A stretch of DNA of 64,000 nt from an uncultured bacterium (GTDB lineage Bacteria > Cyanobacteriota > Cyanobacteriia > Cyanobacteriales > Chamaesiphonaceae). The notes under the pieces are model-generated. The model did not search any database. It worked only from the letters and a program-made list of their open reading frames with translations, and was not told the origin of the DNA. The DNA is taken from NCBI GenBank assembly GCA_964247125.1, contig CAXTSZ010000002.1, positions 2,825 to 66,824 on the forward strand, given 5' to 3'. This document shows, one piece after another, positions 46,375 through 57,665 of the stretch. Numbering within the stretch: position 1 is the first letter of the stretch; the number at the start of each line of letters is the position of its first letter. Both the position numbers and the translations under genes were made by a program.

Positions 46375-47604
46375 TTACGGATTGATATGATTATCGGTCA
46401 CCCGCCAACTGAGCTTGACATTGATCCAGAAGTTCCAAAGCGTGACGCAGCCGATCGCCATCAAATTGCTGATGTACTGATTGTGAAAGATAAAATTAAA
46501 CAGCACATTGAGAATCAGAGCCTTTAGGACTAACCCCATCAAGCAAATGAGGTTGAACTTGATAAATCGCCGCATCATTTGGCGGCGACCAGGTTGTTTC
46601 GTCACCAAATCATGAAAAGTCCAGCGATCATTCCAAATAAAGTTGTTGATAATAGCCACTTCGCCCGCCAATATTGCACTGCGCGTCAAGGGCAAATGTA
46701 ACATGTGTGTATCTGTCAGCAGATAAAGAATTAGCATATCGATCGCCAACCCACTCAAACCCACTGCCACAAACCGCAAAAACCGACCACTCTTGGCTAG
46801 CCGCAGGCGTAGTAAGTGCCGAATATATTCTACATACTGCTGGGCAGTCACCTTACTTTCGCCACTTTGGCGCTCCTGAAACTCATAACCCACCTCCACT
46901 ATTTTACTCACCTGTCCCCGCCCAACTGCTTCGATCAAAATCTTGTAGCCCAACGGATGGAGGGTGAGATTAGCGATCGCCCTGCGCCGCAGCAAAAAAT
47001 AACCACTCATGGGGTCACTGATGCGACCAATAACTTCTGGCAAAACCACCAAGCCCAAGATCTGTGCCCCTCGTGACAAACAGCGCCGCAACAAACTCCA
47101 TTCGCTTACCCCACCACCGTCGGCATTACGACTAGCCACCGCCAAATCAGCACCTTGCTCTTGCAATGCCTGCCACAGTTGACCCAATACCTCCGGCGGA
47201 TGTTGCAAGTCGGCATCAATCACCCCCAAGACCTGTCCTTGGGCAGCTTGCCAACCCCGAATTACGGCGGTCGCCAAACCCCGCTCATTAGTCCGCCGAA
47301 TTACATGGAGTTGAGGATATTGCTGAATCAACTCAGCGGCTACATCCCAAGTTCGATCCGGGCTATCATCATCCACCACAATTAGTTCATATGCACCGGG
47401 TAAAATGCTATCTAACTTGCTAGCCAATAGCTCAATTATCTGCACAATATTTTGCCGCTCTTGATAAGTGGGTAAAATTAGTGATAACTGAATCTCACTA
47501 TTGCTCAGAGCCGGGATTTGTAGCACTCCCTGCGGATTGGAGAGCAAGTTAACACAAGATGACATAAGCAGCAGCCCCAGACAAGACAATTTCTTCGACC
47601 GCAA
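46375..47604 (-). CDS. Family 2 glycosyltransferase fused to a GtrA-like membrane domain
   Basis: LSLILPTYQERQNI, VVDDDSPDRT and VIDADLQHPP (GT2/DPM1-like), then FLRFVAVGLSGLAIDMLILYLL (GtrA-like). The tracked start is TTG; the ATG at 47565 is an alternative. Confidence 0.8.
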   Translation of the reverse strand: MRSKKLSCLGLLLMSSCVNLLSNPQGVLQIPALSNSEIQLSLILPTYQERQNIVQIIELLASKLDSILPGAYELIVVDDDSPDRTWDVAAELIQQYPQLHVIRRTNERGLATAVIRGWQAAQGQVLGVIDADLQHPPEVLGQLWQALQEQGADLAVASRNADGGGVSEWSLLRRCLSRGAQILGLVVLPEVIGRISDPMSGYFLLRRRAIANLTLHPLGYKILIEAVGRGQVSKIVEVGYEFQERQSGESKVTAQQYVEYIRHLLRLRLAKSGRFLRFVAVGLSGLAIDMLILYLLTDTHMLHLPLTRSAILAGEVAIINNFIWNDRWTFHDLVTKQPGRRQMMRRFIKFNLICLMGLVLKALILNVLFNFIFHNQYISNLMAIGCVTLWNFWINVKLSWRVTDNHINP

Positions 47605-47699
47605 TTATACGTTGTCCTGTTCCGTCTAATTTGGTGGGTGAGGATTAATAATGGCCAAGAATGGTAGATTTAAGGCAGTATTTAACCCCTTAATTTTGC

Positions 47700-48773
47700 A
47701 TGTGGCGATCGATCAACGCCAATAAGCTTCTGGTCTGGCTATTGCTTAGTGCTACTGCCGCCGCCAATATTTGGTTGTTTTCTCAAGTCTTTCGGTATTT
47801 CGAACATTTGATTACCATTTTGGTGATCTCGGCAATCGTGGCTTTTTTACTCAACTATCCGGTACGGTTTCTCGATCGAGCGGGGATTAGTCGATCGCAG
47901 GCAGTGTTTGTAGTACTAATTATCTCCTTAGTATTGGTGGTAATACTGGGCGTAACCGTTGTGCCCAGCGTGATCGAACAGGTTGCTGGTCTCTCCGAGC
48001 AAGTACCGAAATGGATTCAAGGCAGCAACGAAAATATTAATAACCTAGAGCAACTGGCCCAGAAACGCGGCCTCCGCCTGGATTTTAATGTGCTGCGCAC
48101 CCAGGTCAACTCCAATCTCCAGAAGCAAATTGAAGGATTTGCCAGTCAGGTAGTAACGCTCGCAGTTGGCACCGCCTCGGGCTTACTCGATTTCTTTTTA
48201 ATCATCGTTTTGAGTGTTTACATGCTGATCGATGGCGACAAGATGTGGGATGGCATTATCAAAATGCTGCCACCAGCTTGGGGGAGTTCGCTGGGTGAAG
48301 CTCTGCGCATGAACTTCCAGCGCTTTTTTATCAGTCAGTTTTTGCTAGGGGGCTTTATGGCTCTCGCCTTGACCATTATTTTCTTTTTCTTAGATGTGCC
48401 TTTTGGTCTGTCTTTTGCCATTTTTATTGGTCTTTCGCAGTTGATTCCGTTTGTGGGCGCCACTTTTGGGATTGGGCTAGTCACTCTGCTGGTGCTTCTC
48501 AAAAGCTTGTCTTTGGCACTGTGGGTGGGCGGCGTATCGTTTGTTTTACAACAGATCAAAGACAATTTTTTAGCTCCCAAACTAATGGGCGATTTTATTG
48601 GTCTCAATCCGGTCATGATCTTGCTGGCTGTGTTGATTGGCTTGCAAATCGCGGGCTTCTTGGGTGTGTTAGTGGGAGTGCCGATCGCTGGTACGATCAA
48701 AAGCACGATCGACATGATTCGCCAGTCCCAAAAGTCAGAAGCACTAGCTACTGAATCTGGCGAAAATCGCTAG
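47700..48773 (+). CDS. AI-2E family transporter (PerM-like)
   Basis: 357 aa, ~8 TM helices. Conserved LIPFVGATFG and GVLVGVPIAG blocks. Confidence 0.8.
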   Translation: MWRSINANKLLVWLLLSATAAANIWLFSQVFRYFEHLITILVISAIVAFLLNYPVRFLDRAGISRSQAVFVVLIISLVLVVILGVTVVPSVIEQVAGLSEQVPKWIQGSNENINNLEQLAQKRGLRLDFNVLRTQVNSNLQKQIEGFASQVVTLAVGTASGLLDFFLIIVLSVYMLIDGDKMWDGIIKMLPPAWGSSLGEALRMNFQRFFISQFLLGGFMALALTIIFFFLDVPFGLSFAIFIGLSQLIPFVGATFGIGLVTLLVLLKSLSLALWVGGVSFVLQQIKDNFLAPKLMGDFIGLNPVMILLAVLIGLQIAGFLGVLVGVPIAGTIKSTIDMIRQSQKSEALATESGENR

Positions 48774-48824
48774 TAAAATATTTCCTCGGCATCTACCTGA
48801 GCATCATTGCTCATTTTTACCTGA

Positions 48825-49703
48825 ATGGTTCTACTACCAGAAAAAGAGCAGCTCACCGCTCCGGCGGTCGATCCCCATACCCTCACGCAGCTGGGGATCG
48901 ATCTACTAATTGACCTGGCGCAGCGCGGTGAAATCAACCCCTGGGATGTGCAGGTCATTGATGTTATTGACAATCATCTCAGTCGCATTCCCCAGCAAAT
49001 AGCGGCGATGGTGGGGGGTGATAAGCAGGCTAATTTATCCCTCTCGGGTCAAGCCTTTTTGTGGGCAGCGATGCTGGTACTACTCAAAGCCAACAGCTTA
49101 GAAGAACAGCAGCCGATCGAGAGCGAAGCCGAATTTCTTGAAGAAGATCCCGAACAGCTAGCTCTATTAGAACTAGGAGCCTTGCCCTCTCATCTGGAAC
49201 GACGCATTCGGCGGCGGTTGACAGCTAGCCCGATGCAGCGGCGGCCAGTTACTCTGCATGATTTAATTCATCAGTTGCGCTCGATCGCCGCCAAAATGAG
49301 CGATCAGCCAACTCGCCCCCGCAAAGCCAGACGGGTCAATCTGTCCGCCACCAAAGCAGCCCAGGCGATCGCGGACTTAGCCCATGCCGAAAACCTCACC
49401 GAAACAGCCGCCCAGCTCTCCGAATTCTTGCAGGCCACTGAACTAGACTGGATTGATCTAGAAGAACTGATTCGCCTGTGGGTCAAAGCCATGGAGAACG
49501 ATCGCGGTGAAATTACCACCCACGATCGCGTCGGCGTGTTTTGGGCATTGCTGCTGCTCTCGGCGCAATCCAAAGTCGAACTCACGCAAGAAGAATTCTA
49601 TCGAGAAATTAAGGTGCGTTCCATCTTGGGCGAATCCCTCCCCATCATCGATCTCAACGCCACCATTGGTCTCTCTTCGCCCCCGGCGCTCGATGACAAT
49701 TAA
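48825..49703 (+). CDS. scpA: Segregation and condensation protein A
   Basis: LLIDLAQRGEINPWDVQVIDVID N-terminal kleisin motif and a C-terminal winged helix. Confidence 0.75.
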   Translation: MVLLPEKEQLTAPAVDPHTLTQLGIDLLIDLAQRGEINPWDVQVIDVIDNHLSRIPQQIAAMVGGDKQANLSLSGQAFLWAAMLVLLKANSLEEQQPIESEAEFLEEDPEQLALLELGALPSHLERRIRRRLTASPMQRRPVTLHDLIHQLRSIAAKMSDQPTRPRKARRVNLSATKAAQAIADLAHAENLTETAAQLSEFLQATELDWIDLEELIRLWVKAMENDRGEITTHDRVGVFWALLLLSAQSKVELTQEEFYREIKVRSILGESLPIIDLNATIGLSSPPALDDN

Positions 49704-49724
49704 TTCAACTACAGGAGCCGTCAT

Positions 49725-50867
49725 ATGTTAGTCATCGGACTCATGAGTGGTACCTCCGTCGATGGCATCGACACTGCTCTAGTAGACATTCAGGGCACCA
49801 CCACCGATTTAAAAGTTGCCTTGATCGCTGGTGATACCTATCCCTATCCCCCGGCCTTACGTCAGCAGATCCTCGACGTTTGTGCTGGAGCTAAACTGAG
49901 CATGGCCGAGCTGGCCGAGCTAGATGATGCGATCGCCCATTGCTTTGCCACGGCGGCTCAGTATATTCAAACCGACCAGCCCGCTGAACTCATTGGCTCC
50001 CATGGCCAAACTGTTTTCCACCGCCCCGCTCAACCCCGCCAGCTGGGCTACAGCCAACAATTGGGTCGGGGAGCAGTGATTGCCCAAAAAACTGGATTGA
50101 GGGCGATCGACAATTTTCGCGCTGCGGATATTGCGGCTGGTGGCCAAGGCGCACCATTGGTACCTAAAATAGATGCTTATTTGTTGAGCGATCAGCATTC
50201 CCACCTGTGTATCCAAAATATTGGTGGCATCGGTAACTGTACTTATTTACCCCCCCGCAGCCAAGCCAACTGGGAAGAGCAGGTCACTGGCTGGGACACG
50301 GGGCCAGGGAATAGCCTGATCGACCTGGCGGTGCAGGAACTAAGTCAGGGTCAAAAAACCTACGATCAAGACGGTGATTGGGCTGCTCAAGGCACCATTA
50401 ACCGTGATTTAGTAAACCACTGGCTCCAGCAGGAATATTTTCGCACAGCTCCGCCCAAATCGACTGGGCGAGAGCTATTTGGCCGTGAGTATCTCCAGGC
50501 TTGTCAACAGGATGCCAGTCAGCTGAAGGCCGCCGACTTCCTGGCCACCATTACTGACCTCACAGCGGCCAGCATTGCCAACAGCTACCAGCACTTTTTA
50601 CCCCGGCTGCCCGACCGCGTACTACTCTGTGGTGGTGGGGCACACAATCGTTTTTTGATGCAATGTTTACAAGATCGGTTGCCAACGGCTCAAGTGACAA
50701 CGACGGCGGCGGCAGGATTAAATAGTGATTTTAAAGAAGCGATCGCCTTTGCCGTGTTAGCTTATTGGCGTTGGCACAAGATTCCAGGCAATCTACCGCG
50801 CGTCACTGGCGCGAGCGCTGCCGTACTATTGGGCGATATCCACGGATTCCAACCACAGCGGTTGTGA
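49725..50867 (+). CDS. anmK: Anhydro-N-acetylmuramic acid kinase
   Basis: [34 protein letters not shown]. Confidence 0.9.
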   Translation: MLVIGLMSGTSVDGIDTALVDIQGTTTDLKVALIAGDTYPYPPALRQQILDVCAGAKLSMAELAELDDAIAHCFATAAQYIQTDQPAELIGSHGQTVFHRPAQPRQLGYSQQLGRGAVIAQKTGLRAIDNFRAADIAAGGQGAPLVPKIDAYLLSDQHSHLCIQNIGGIGNCTYLPPRSQANWEEQVTGWDTGPGNSLIDLAVQELSQGQKTYDQDGDWAAQGTINRDLVNHWLQQEYFRTAPPKSTGRELFGREYLQACQQDASQLKAADFLATITDLTAASIANSYQHFLPRLPDRVLLCGGGAHNRFLMQCLQDRLPTAQVTTTAAAGLNSDFKEAIAFAVLAYWRWHKIPGNLPRVTGASAAVLLGDIHGFQPQRL

Positions 50868-50935
50868 ACCCTGCTCGATCGCTGGGTATATTGATCTAGT
50901 ATCTCTCTATCTATCTTTTATTAAGTAATTAGCCA

Positions 50936-51370
50936 GTGACACATACTTTTTTACTTCAGCCAGGTCGTTGGAAATCCACCGGAGTTTGGCAGGAAGGTAG
51001 TAATCCAGCTTTAGCCGTAACTGGTAAAACAGTGGTAGCTTGGAGCGCGGATAATTGGTTTACGATGATTACTAAAATAAATGTTAAAGATCAAGATACT
51101 ACTTGGCAGTATCGAGGCTACTTAGAACCCGAAACCCATCGGTACACCTTCATTTTGACCCATAGTCAAATGGGAAAAATTGAGGGAGAAGGCTGGGTCG
51201 GTGCAAAATCGATAGTTCAAAAATACTGGGTTTTAGATGACCCGCAAAAAAGGAGCGGCTTTGAAGCCTTTTATCAAATCGATGATCACAACTATCGTCT
51301 CGTCCACAGTTCTGCTGGTACCAATCGTCTAGCTAGCTTGATGGAATTGCAGTTTAGTCGTCAGTTGTAG
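50936..51370 (+). CDS. Hypothetical protein (beta-rich, 144 aa)
   Basis: ORF with normal local composition, GTG start, no motif assigned. Confidence 0.5.
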   Translation: MTHTFLLQPGRWKSTGVWQEGSNPALAVTGKTVVAWSADNWFTMITKINVKDQDTTWQYRGYLEPETHRYTFILTHSQMGKIEGEGWVGAKSIVQKYWVLDDPQKRSGFEAFYQIDDHNYRLVHSSAGTNRLASLMELQFSRQL

Positions 51371-51498
51371 GCGATAGACCAAGGAGTATTTTGCTTGTAT
51401 ATTGTAAAGAGAGTTGACCGCCAGAATGGTTTTCATTGCCCCCTTGATTACCAACGATCATCATCGAGAGCCACCACGCTTGCGGAGGCATTGTGGCG

Positions 51499-53007
51499 AT
51501 GAGTAGCAATAAAGACGAAAACTACGGTCGGCTGATCTTGCAACGCTACCAGCTGCTTGAAATAGCTGGCAAAGGATCGATGGGTCAGGTGTATCTGGCT
51601 AAAGATATGTTGCTGGGGGGCGTGAAAGTTGCCGTTAAATTTTTATCCAAGGCCACCATCACTCAGAAAGTTCGCGATCGGTTCATGCAAGAGGCCACCA
51701 TTAGTGCCTTACTGGGTGAAAACAGCATTCACATTGTCAAGGTGCGCGACTACGGTCTCGATGAGACCGAGATGCCTTTCTATGTGATGGAATTTTTACA
51801 TGGCGATAGCCTCAAGGACATTATCCACAAACGGCCGATGCCCCTGCCCCGTTTTTTCAATGTGCTGCGCCAAATTTGTCTGGGTTTAGATTGCGCCCAT
51901 GAAGGCATTGAAATAGATGGGAATCTCTGTCAGGTGATTCACCGTGATATTAAGCCCAGCAATATTATTGTCACCCAAAACCCCACCCTGGGCGACTTTG
52001 TAAAGGTTCTAGACTTTGGCATTGCGCTGCTCCAGTCCGATGACTCTCCCACGGGTTTTATGGGCACCCCGGCCTACTGCTCACCGGAGCAAATGGAAGG
52101 TAAAGTCCTCGATAATCGATCGGACATTTACAGTCTGGGCATCATGATGTTCCAAATGCTGACAGGTGAATTGCCCCTACGACCAGCTACCAGTTCTTTT
52201 GAGGGCTGGTTCAATGTCCATCACAAGGTCGCTCCCAAAACTTTTAAAGAAGCCTGTCCCAAAATCGACATCCCCAAAGAAATAGAGACTTTGGTCATGA
52301 ACTGCATGGCCAAATCCGTTCAGGATCGGCCTCAGAATGTCGAAGAAATCTTAGGGGTCATTGAACATTTAGAGTCTACATACATCTCTGGCACTACCAC
52401 TTCCGGCAGCAAGCGTCCCACCAAATCCACCAGCAAAATCAGTAGTCTGGATGAGCTATGTCTAAAATCTACTTGGCCAGCCGATAAACCCCGCGCTGAA
52501 ATTGTTTTTCCCCGCCTAATGGAGCATGACTCCGAAGTGGGAGCGACTCTTTGGATTATGTTGTCCCGGGCAGAAATCAGCTACTACAAAAAGCAACCGC
52601 CCCACTGTCAGTTTCTCTTTTTAGCAGCCCCACATCCAATGCTGCTTTGGATTGCAGCGCTTTATCATGACGAACAGCAACATCGGTTGCTGCCTTCCTA
52701 CTTAGACTTAAAAAAACAGACCAGCGAACGAACGCTGAGTATTCTAGCCAAGACTCAAAGCTATCGCCTCTTATTCTTTGGTCTAGAAGGAGATAATACT
52801 TGTATTAGTATTATTAAAGGCAAAATCCCTGGTACTAAAGTCTTGAAATTAGAAGAATGGCTATGGGAGAGTCAGGCAACACCTGGTTCTAATGAACAAA
52901 AAATTAGTAGAGGATACCTCAAAGAAGAATTTGAAGCTGTGAAGCCCAAACTAATTAGCAGCCTGAGCCGTAAGCAGCGTAAGGATCAGGTCTTCCTGAC
53001 TCGTTAG
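51499..53007 (+). CDS. Ser/Thr protein kinase with uncharacterised C-terminal domain
   Basis: GKGSMGQVY, VAVKF, HRDIKPSN, DFG, and a GTPAYCSPEQ APE-like motif. About 200 aa C-terminal are of unknown type. The ATG at 51499 is preferred to the GTG at 51493. Confidence 0.85.
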   Translation: MSSNKDENYGRLILQRYQLLEIAGKGSMGQVYLAKDMLLGGVKVAVKFLSKATITQKVRDRFMQEATISALLGENSIHIVKVRDYGLDETEMPFYVMEFLHGDSLKDIIHKRPMPLPRFFNVLRQICLGLDCAHEGIEIDGNLCQVIHRDIKPSNIIVTQNPTLGDFVKVLDFGIALLQSDDSPTGFMGTPAYCSPEQMEGKVLDNRSDIYSLGIMMFQMLTGELPLRPATSSFEGWFNVHHKVAPKTFKEACPKIDIPKEIETLVMNCMAKSVQDRPQNVEEILGVIEHLESTYISGTTTSGSKRPTKSTSKISSLDELCLKSTWPADKPRAEIVFPRLMEHDSEVGATLWIMLSRAEISYYKKQPPHCQFLFLAAPHPMLLWIAALYHDEQQHRLLPSYLDLKKQTSERTLSILAKTQSYRLLFFGLEGDNTCISIIKGKIPGTKVLKLEEWLWESQATPGSNEQKISRGYLKEEFEAVKPKLISSLSRKQRKDQVFLTR

Positions 53008-53092
53008 CCCACGCTCGGCTCCAAAAAATACAATATATTTATTAGTTTAGTAAACCGAGAGGAAAAAATTCTCTCGCTACCCCGAGTGCATT

Positions 53093-54025
53093 ATGAGTTC
53101 TGAAAATTTGTCTACCGAGCAATCGCTGGTTTCCAAGCCGAGCAAACCCGTAAAGCGCCAAAAGAGCGACGTGCCCAAGCCCTCGCGTACTCCTCGGGAC
53201 TACCCACCGCCGTTACCGATGCTGGAACTGAATGGGAATATGCCGATTCCTTTAGCTAGTGAACCGTTGCAGTACCGGGCGATCGGTTTGGTGCGGGGTA
53301 CCTATTCGCCAGCTCCCGATGAATTGACCAGAGGCTCGATGCTAGCTGATGATGGCACTCTGATTGATGCGGTGTTGTTGGGTCGGATCATGAGCCTGAC
53401 CAAAAAACACTTAGATCTAGAGCAGTCTCATCTATGGGTTGTCTATCCCCGGATTCGGAAAGATGATGGCAAATTGCATATCCAGGTGATGGGGATTTGG
53501 GATCCCAAGCTGGTTTATGGCGGTGCAGTTGAGACAGCGGCTGAATTGGATGAAACTTTACCTGCCCTTGAGCAAATGGGCATCCCGGACAATTACTTCT
53601 CGGTAAGAGGCGAGGTGATTTTCCAGGCACGGGATACTAAGGAGATTTTTGTCAAGGTACGCCAAACCCCTCGTAAAAAAGATGAAGAACCACGTCATTT
53701 TAAATTACGCCTAATTGGTGATTTCCCTCAAAAAATGGTCGGAGATTTCTGGGAATTTGATGTGTTGCGCCAGGGCGACGATTTAGTGATTAGAACCGGC
53801 AATCAGGTCGCTGCTTTGCGGCCAAAACCTAGCAAAAGCGGCGGCAAGCCCGGTGGCAGCCATAAGACATTCCGTCCAGGTAATGGTGAAGATCGGCCGC
53901 TGCGAGAAACTGATGGCAAGGCGGGACGACCCATCATTAAAAAATCAGCAGAGGCCGAGGGGGCGATCGCTAGACCAACTACTCGACCACTGCCCAAAAA
54001 GACCGAAAATGCTGCTGTTGATTGA
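53093..54025 (+). CDS. Hypothetical protein with basic, low-complexity termini
   Basis: 310-aa ORF. Lys/Pro-rich N- and C-terminal tails flank a globular core. No motif assigned. Confidence 0.55.
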   Translation: MSSENLSTEQSLVSKPSKPVKRQKSDVPKPSRTPRDYPPPLPMLELNGNMPIPLASEPLQYRAIGLVRGTYSPAPDELTRGSMLADDGTLIDAVLLGRIMSLTKKHLDLEQSHLWVVYPRIRKDDGKLHIQVMGIWDPKLVYGGAVETAAELDETLPALEQMGIPDNYFSVRGEVIFQARDTKEIFVKVRQTPRKKDEEPRHFKLRLIGDFPQKMVGDFWEFDVLRQGDDLVIRTGNQVAALRPKPSKSGGKPGGSHKTFRPGNGEDRPLRETDGKAGRPIIKKSAEAEGAIARPTTRPLPKKTENAAVD

Positions 54026-54093
54026 GCTATTACGTACCATTTACTACGTCTCAGCAGGTAAACTAGGGTCACGATGTTTAAGAAGAGAAAACT

Positions 54094-55329
54094 GTGGCTA
54101 CCATCAACGATAACTACCGAAAGCTCAAAGCTGGATACTTGTTTCCAGAAATTGCGCGGCGCGTAAATATTTTTGCGACAGAGCATCCCCACGCACCGAT
54201 TATCCGGCTGGGGATTGGCGATGTGACTGAACCATTACCGGCGGCCTGTCGATCGGCAATGATGGCGGCGATCGAAGATATGGGTACTCCCTCTGGCTTT
54301 AAGGGCTATGGTCCGGAGCAGGGCTATGCTTGGTTGCGCGAAAAAATTGCCGCTCACGACTTTCAGGCGCGGGGCTGTGATATTAGTGCTGATGAAATCT
54401 TTATCTCGGATGGCTCGAAGTGCGACAACGGCAACATTCTAGATATTTTTGGGAGCAATAACTCGATCGCCGTTACCGATCCAGTCTATCCAGTTTATGT
54501 CGATACCAATGTGATGGCTGGTCATACTGGAGAGGCCAACGAAAAAGGCGAATACGGTGGCCTAGTCTATCTGCCAGTCACCGCTGAAAATAACTTTGTG
54601 GCTCAAATTCCCAGCAAAAAAGTAGACCTAATCTATCTCTGTTTCCCGAATAACCCCACTGGTGCTGTGGCTACCAGAGAACAGCTGCAAGCCTGGGTAG
54701 ACTATGCTAGGGCACACGGCTCGATCATCTTTTTTGATGCGGCTTATGAAGCTTTTATCACCGATCCAGACATTCCCCATTCTATCTACGAAATTCCTGG
54801 CGCTAGAGACTGCGCGATCGAGTTTCGATCTTTCTCTAAAAATGCTGGGTTTACTGGTACCCGGTGCGCTCTGACAGTGGTGCCGAAGACCCTCACTGGC
54901 AAAGCCGCTGACGGCTCCGATGTAGAGCTGTGGCCGCTCTGGAATCGTCGTCAATCCACTAAATTCAATGGTGTTTCTTACATTGTGCAACGCGGTGCCG
55001 AAGCTGTTTATGCCGCAGAGGGTCAAGCGCAGATCAAGGCTTTAGTAAGCTTTTACTTAGAAAACGCCCAAATTATTCGCACCCAGCTCATCGCCGCTGG
55101 TTTCCAAGTCTACGGTGGCGTGAATGCCCCCTATGTCTGGGTGAAAACTCCGGCTGATCTTTCGAGCTGGGATTTCTTTGACAAGCTGTTGCACACCTGC
55201 AATGTGGTGGGTACGCCGGGTTCTGGTTTCGGAGCCGCCGGTGAAGGCTATTTTCGGATTTCGGCTTTCAACAGCCGAGAGAATGTCAACGAAGCGATGC
55301 AGCGGATTACGGCGAAGTTTCAGGGCTAG
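54094..55329 (+). CDS. dapL: LL-diaminopimelate aminotransferase
   Basis: [25 protein letters not shown] is the conserved DapL N-terminus. [13 protein letters not shown] contains the PLP lysine. GTG start. Confidence 0.9.
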   Translation: MATINDNYRKLKAGYLFPEIARRVNIFATEHPHAPIIRLGIGDVTEPLPAACRSAMMAAIEDMGTPSGFKGYGPEQGYAWLREKIAAHDFQARGCDISADEIFISDGSKCDNGNILDIFGSNNSIAVTDPVYPVYVDTNVMAGHTGEANEKGEYGGLVYLPVTAENNFVAQIPSKKVDLIYLCFPNNPTGAVATREQLQAWVDYARAHGSIIFFDAAYEAFITDPDIPHSIYEIPGARDCAIEFRSFSKNAGFTGTRCALTVVPKTLTGKAADGSDVELWPLWNRRQSTKFNGVSYIVQRGAEAVYAAEGQAQIKALVSFYLENAQIIRTQLIAAGFQVYGGVNAPYVWVKTPADLSSWDFFDKLLHTCNVVGTPGSGFGAAGEGYFRISAFNSRENVNEAMQRITAKFQG

Positions 55330-55390
55330 CTAAAGGGTGGGCGGTGCCCACCCAAAAATTCAAAAATTGAGTGAAACAACGAGGGCAAGA

Positions 55391-57172
55391 ATGGCGCTGA
55401 TCGTCCAGAAGTATGGGGGCACATCGGTTGGCTCGGCAGAGCGGATCAAAGAAGTTGCCAAGCGCGTAATCCGCACGGTTCATGAAGGCCACTCGGTCGT
55501 GGTCGTGGTCTCGGCCATGGCCAAGGCTACTGATAGCCTCGTGGCGCTGGCTCAGGGTGTCGCCACCCATCCCTCCCGGCGGGAAATGGATATGTTGTTG
55601 GCTACTGGCGAACAGGTGACGATCGCTCTGCTGAGTATGGCACTACAAGCTGCTGGTCAAGCCGCTATTTCCCTGACCGGCGCGCAAGTGGGCATTCTCA
55701 CCGAAAAAGAACATACTCGTGCCCGCATTGTTGAAATTGAGACTGATCGCATTACCCGTCATCTCGATCGCCAGGAAGTAGTTGTAGTAGCTGGCTTCCA
55801 GGGAATTAGCTGTCTGGGTGACCTCGAAATTACGACCCTGGGTCGGGGTGGCTCGGATACTTCTGCCGTGGCTTTGGCAGCGGCACTAAAAGCCGACTGT
55901 TGCGAGATCTACACCGATGTACCAGGTATCTATACTACCGATCCGCGCTTGGTGCCCAACGCCCAGTTACTCACCCAAATTACTGCCGATGAAATGCTCG
56001 AGTTGGCCAGCTTAGGGGCGAAAGTTCTCCATCCTCGCGCAGTGGAAATCGCCCGTAACTATGGGGTGCCGCTGGTCGTGAGATCGAGCTGGACAGACGA
56101 TCCGGGCACCAAGGTTATTTCACCCGTTCTTGCTCCTCGACCCCTCAAGAACCTGGAAATTGCCCAAGCGGTAGATGCGGTAGAGTTTACTACCAGCCAA
56201 GCTAAGATTGCCCTGCTCCATGTCCCCGATCGACCAGGGATTGCCGGGAAGCTATTTAAGGAAATGGCGCAAAAAGACGTGGATGTGGATCTGATCATCC
56301 AGTCGATCCATGAAGGGAACACCAACGACATTGCTTTTACGGTGCATCGATCGATCGTGCAGCGTGCCCAGTCGGTGGCCGAAGCGATCGCCCCGGCGCT
56401 GGCAGCGGAGACTGCGACGGTAATTTGTGATGACCAAATTGCCAAAATCAGCGTGGCTGGCGCTGGGATGATTGGACGACCAGCGATCGCCGCCCAAATT
56501 TTCAGGTTGCTAGCTGACGCGCAGATTAATATCCAAATGATCTCGACTTCCGAGATTAAAGTCAGCTGTGTAATTGCCACTGCACACTGTGACCAGGCAG
56601 TGCAGCTGCTGTGTCAACACTTTAGTATTAGTGTTGCTCCCCCACCGACACAGAGCCACCGCGCCAACTCCGTGCCAGTGCGGGGCGTAGCCCTAGACCT
56701 CAAGCAAGCCCGGTTAGCGGTCTTAAATGTCCCCGATAAACCCGGCATGGCCGCTCATCTCTTTGGTCTGCTGGCCGATCGCAATATTAGTGTAGATATG
56801 ATCATCCAGTCGCAACGTACCCGTTTGATCAACGGAGTGACAACGCGCGATATTGCCTGTACCATCGCTCAAGCAGATGCCGAAGATGCCAAAAAAATCC
56901 TAGAGGCTGCTCACTTAGATTGTGGTGAAATTAGCGTGGATGAAGCGATCGCGAAAGTCAGCATTGTGGGTTCGGGTATGATTGGCCAACCAGGCATTGC
57001 CAGCAAAATGTTTCAAGCTTTAGCCAGCGCTGGCATCAATATCCAGATGATTACTACTTCCGAAATCCGGGTGAGCTGTGTGGTGCCGCAAACGCAAGGC
57101 GTGGCCGCGCTCCAAAAGATTCACCAGGCTTTTGAGCTAGCTGGTCAGCAGACTATTTCGGTACCGGGCTAG
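55391..57172 (+). CDS. lysC: Aspartate kinase with duplicated ACT-domain pairs
   Basis: MALIVQKYGGTSV, LGRGGSDT, and two successive ACT-pair regions (IAKISVAGAGM... and IAKVSIVGSGM...), giving the ~590-aa cyanobacterial form. Confidence 0.9.
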   Translation: MALIVQKYGGTSVGSAERIKEVAKRVIRTVHEGHSVVVVVSAMAKATDSLVALAQGVATHPSRREMDMLLATGEQVTIALLSMALQAAGQAAISLTGAQVGILTEKEHTRARIVEIETDRITRHLDRQEVVVVAGFQGISCLGDLEITTLGRGGSDTSAVALAAALKADCCEIYTDVPGIYTTDPRLVPNAQLLTQITADEMLELASLGAKVLHPRAVEIARNYGVPLVVRSSWTDDPGTKVISPVLAPRPLKNLEIAQAVDAVEFTTSQAKIALLHVPDRPGIAGKLFKEMAQKDVDVDLIIQSIHEGNTNDIAFTVHRSIVQRAQSVAEAIAPALAAETATVICDDQIAKISVAGAGMIGRPAIAAQIFRLLADAQINIQMISTSEIKVSCVIATAHCDQAVQLLCQHFSISVAPPPTQSHRANSVPVRGVALDLKQARLAVLNVPDKPGMAAHLFGLLADRNISVDMIIQSQRTRLINGVTTRDIACTIAQADAEDAKKILEAAHLDCGEISVDEAIAKVSIVGSGMIGQPGIASKMFQALASAGINIQMITTSEIRVSCVVPQTQGVAALQKIHQAFELAGQQTISVPG

Positions 57173-57665
57173 GTGTGAAGGCCGGAGTCGGATTAAAAGG
57201 CACCGGTAATGCCAGCGCGGGGCTGGGGTTGGGAATAGTGGTGGTCGGAGCAGCGGTCTCACCAGCGGTAGCTAGAGCCACATTCTCGCCACCAGCCTGC
57301 CGGAGTAAATCCAAAACCTCAATCACGCGCTCGTATTTGACTTGCTTAGATGCATAGAGAACGATCGAGCTATTGGGCTTGGTAATCCGATAGCTTTTAA
57401 TTTGTTGAAATAAAACTTCTAACTGCGGCACGGCCTGTTGCTCGATGAAAGTTTGACCATCGGCATCCAGGCTGACAATCAACAGTTCCCGCGTCTGGGT
57501 TTCCGAGGTCTGAGCCTTGGGAATATCGACACTGATGGCTTGCTGTCTGGCCATTTGCAGACCAGAGAGTAAGAAAAAAGTCAAAATACAAAAAATGATG
57601 TCAATGAGCGGAATTACTTCCACCCGGGGAGCTTGCTCACCTTCATTGCCCAGCTTGATTTTCAT
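57153..57665 (-). CDS. exbD: ExbD/TolR-family biopolymer transport protein
   Basis: VIPLIDIIFCILTFFLL TM segment, a periplasmic domain, and a Pro/Ala-rich tail. It overlaps exbB by 4 nt and lysC convergently by 20 nt. Confidence 0.8.
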   Translation of the reverse strand: MKIKLGNEGEQAPRVEVIPLIDIIFCILTFFLLSGLQMARQQAISVDIPKAQTSETQTRELLIVSLDADGQTFIEQQAVPQLEVLFQQIKSYRITKPNSSIVLYASKQVKYERVIEVLDLLRQAGGENVALATAGETAAPTTTIPNPSPALALPVPFNPTPAFTPSPVPK

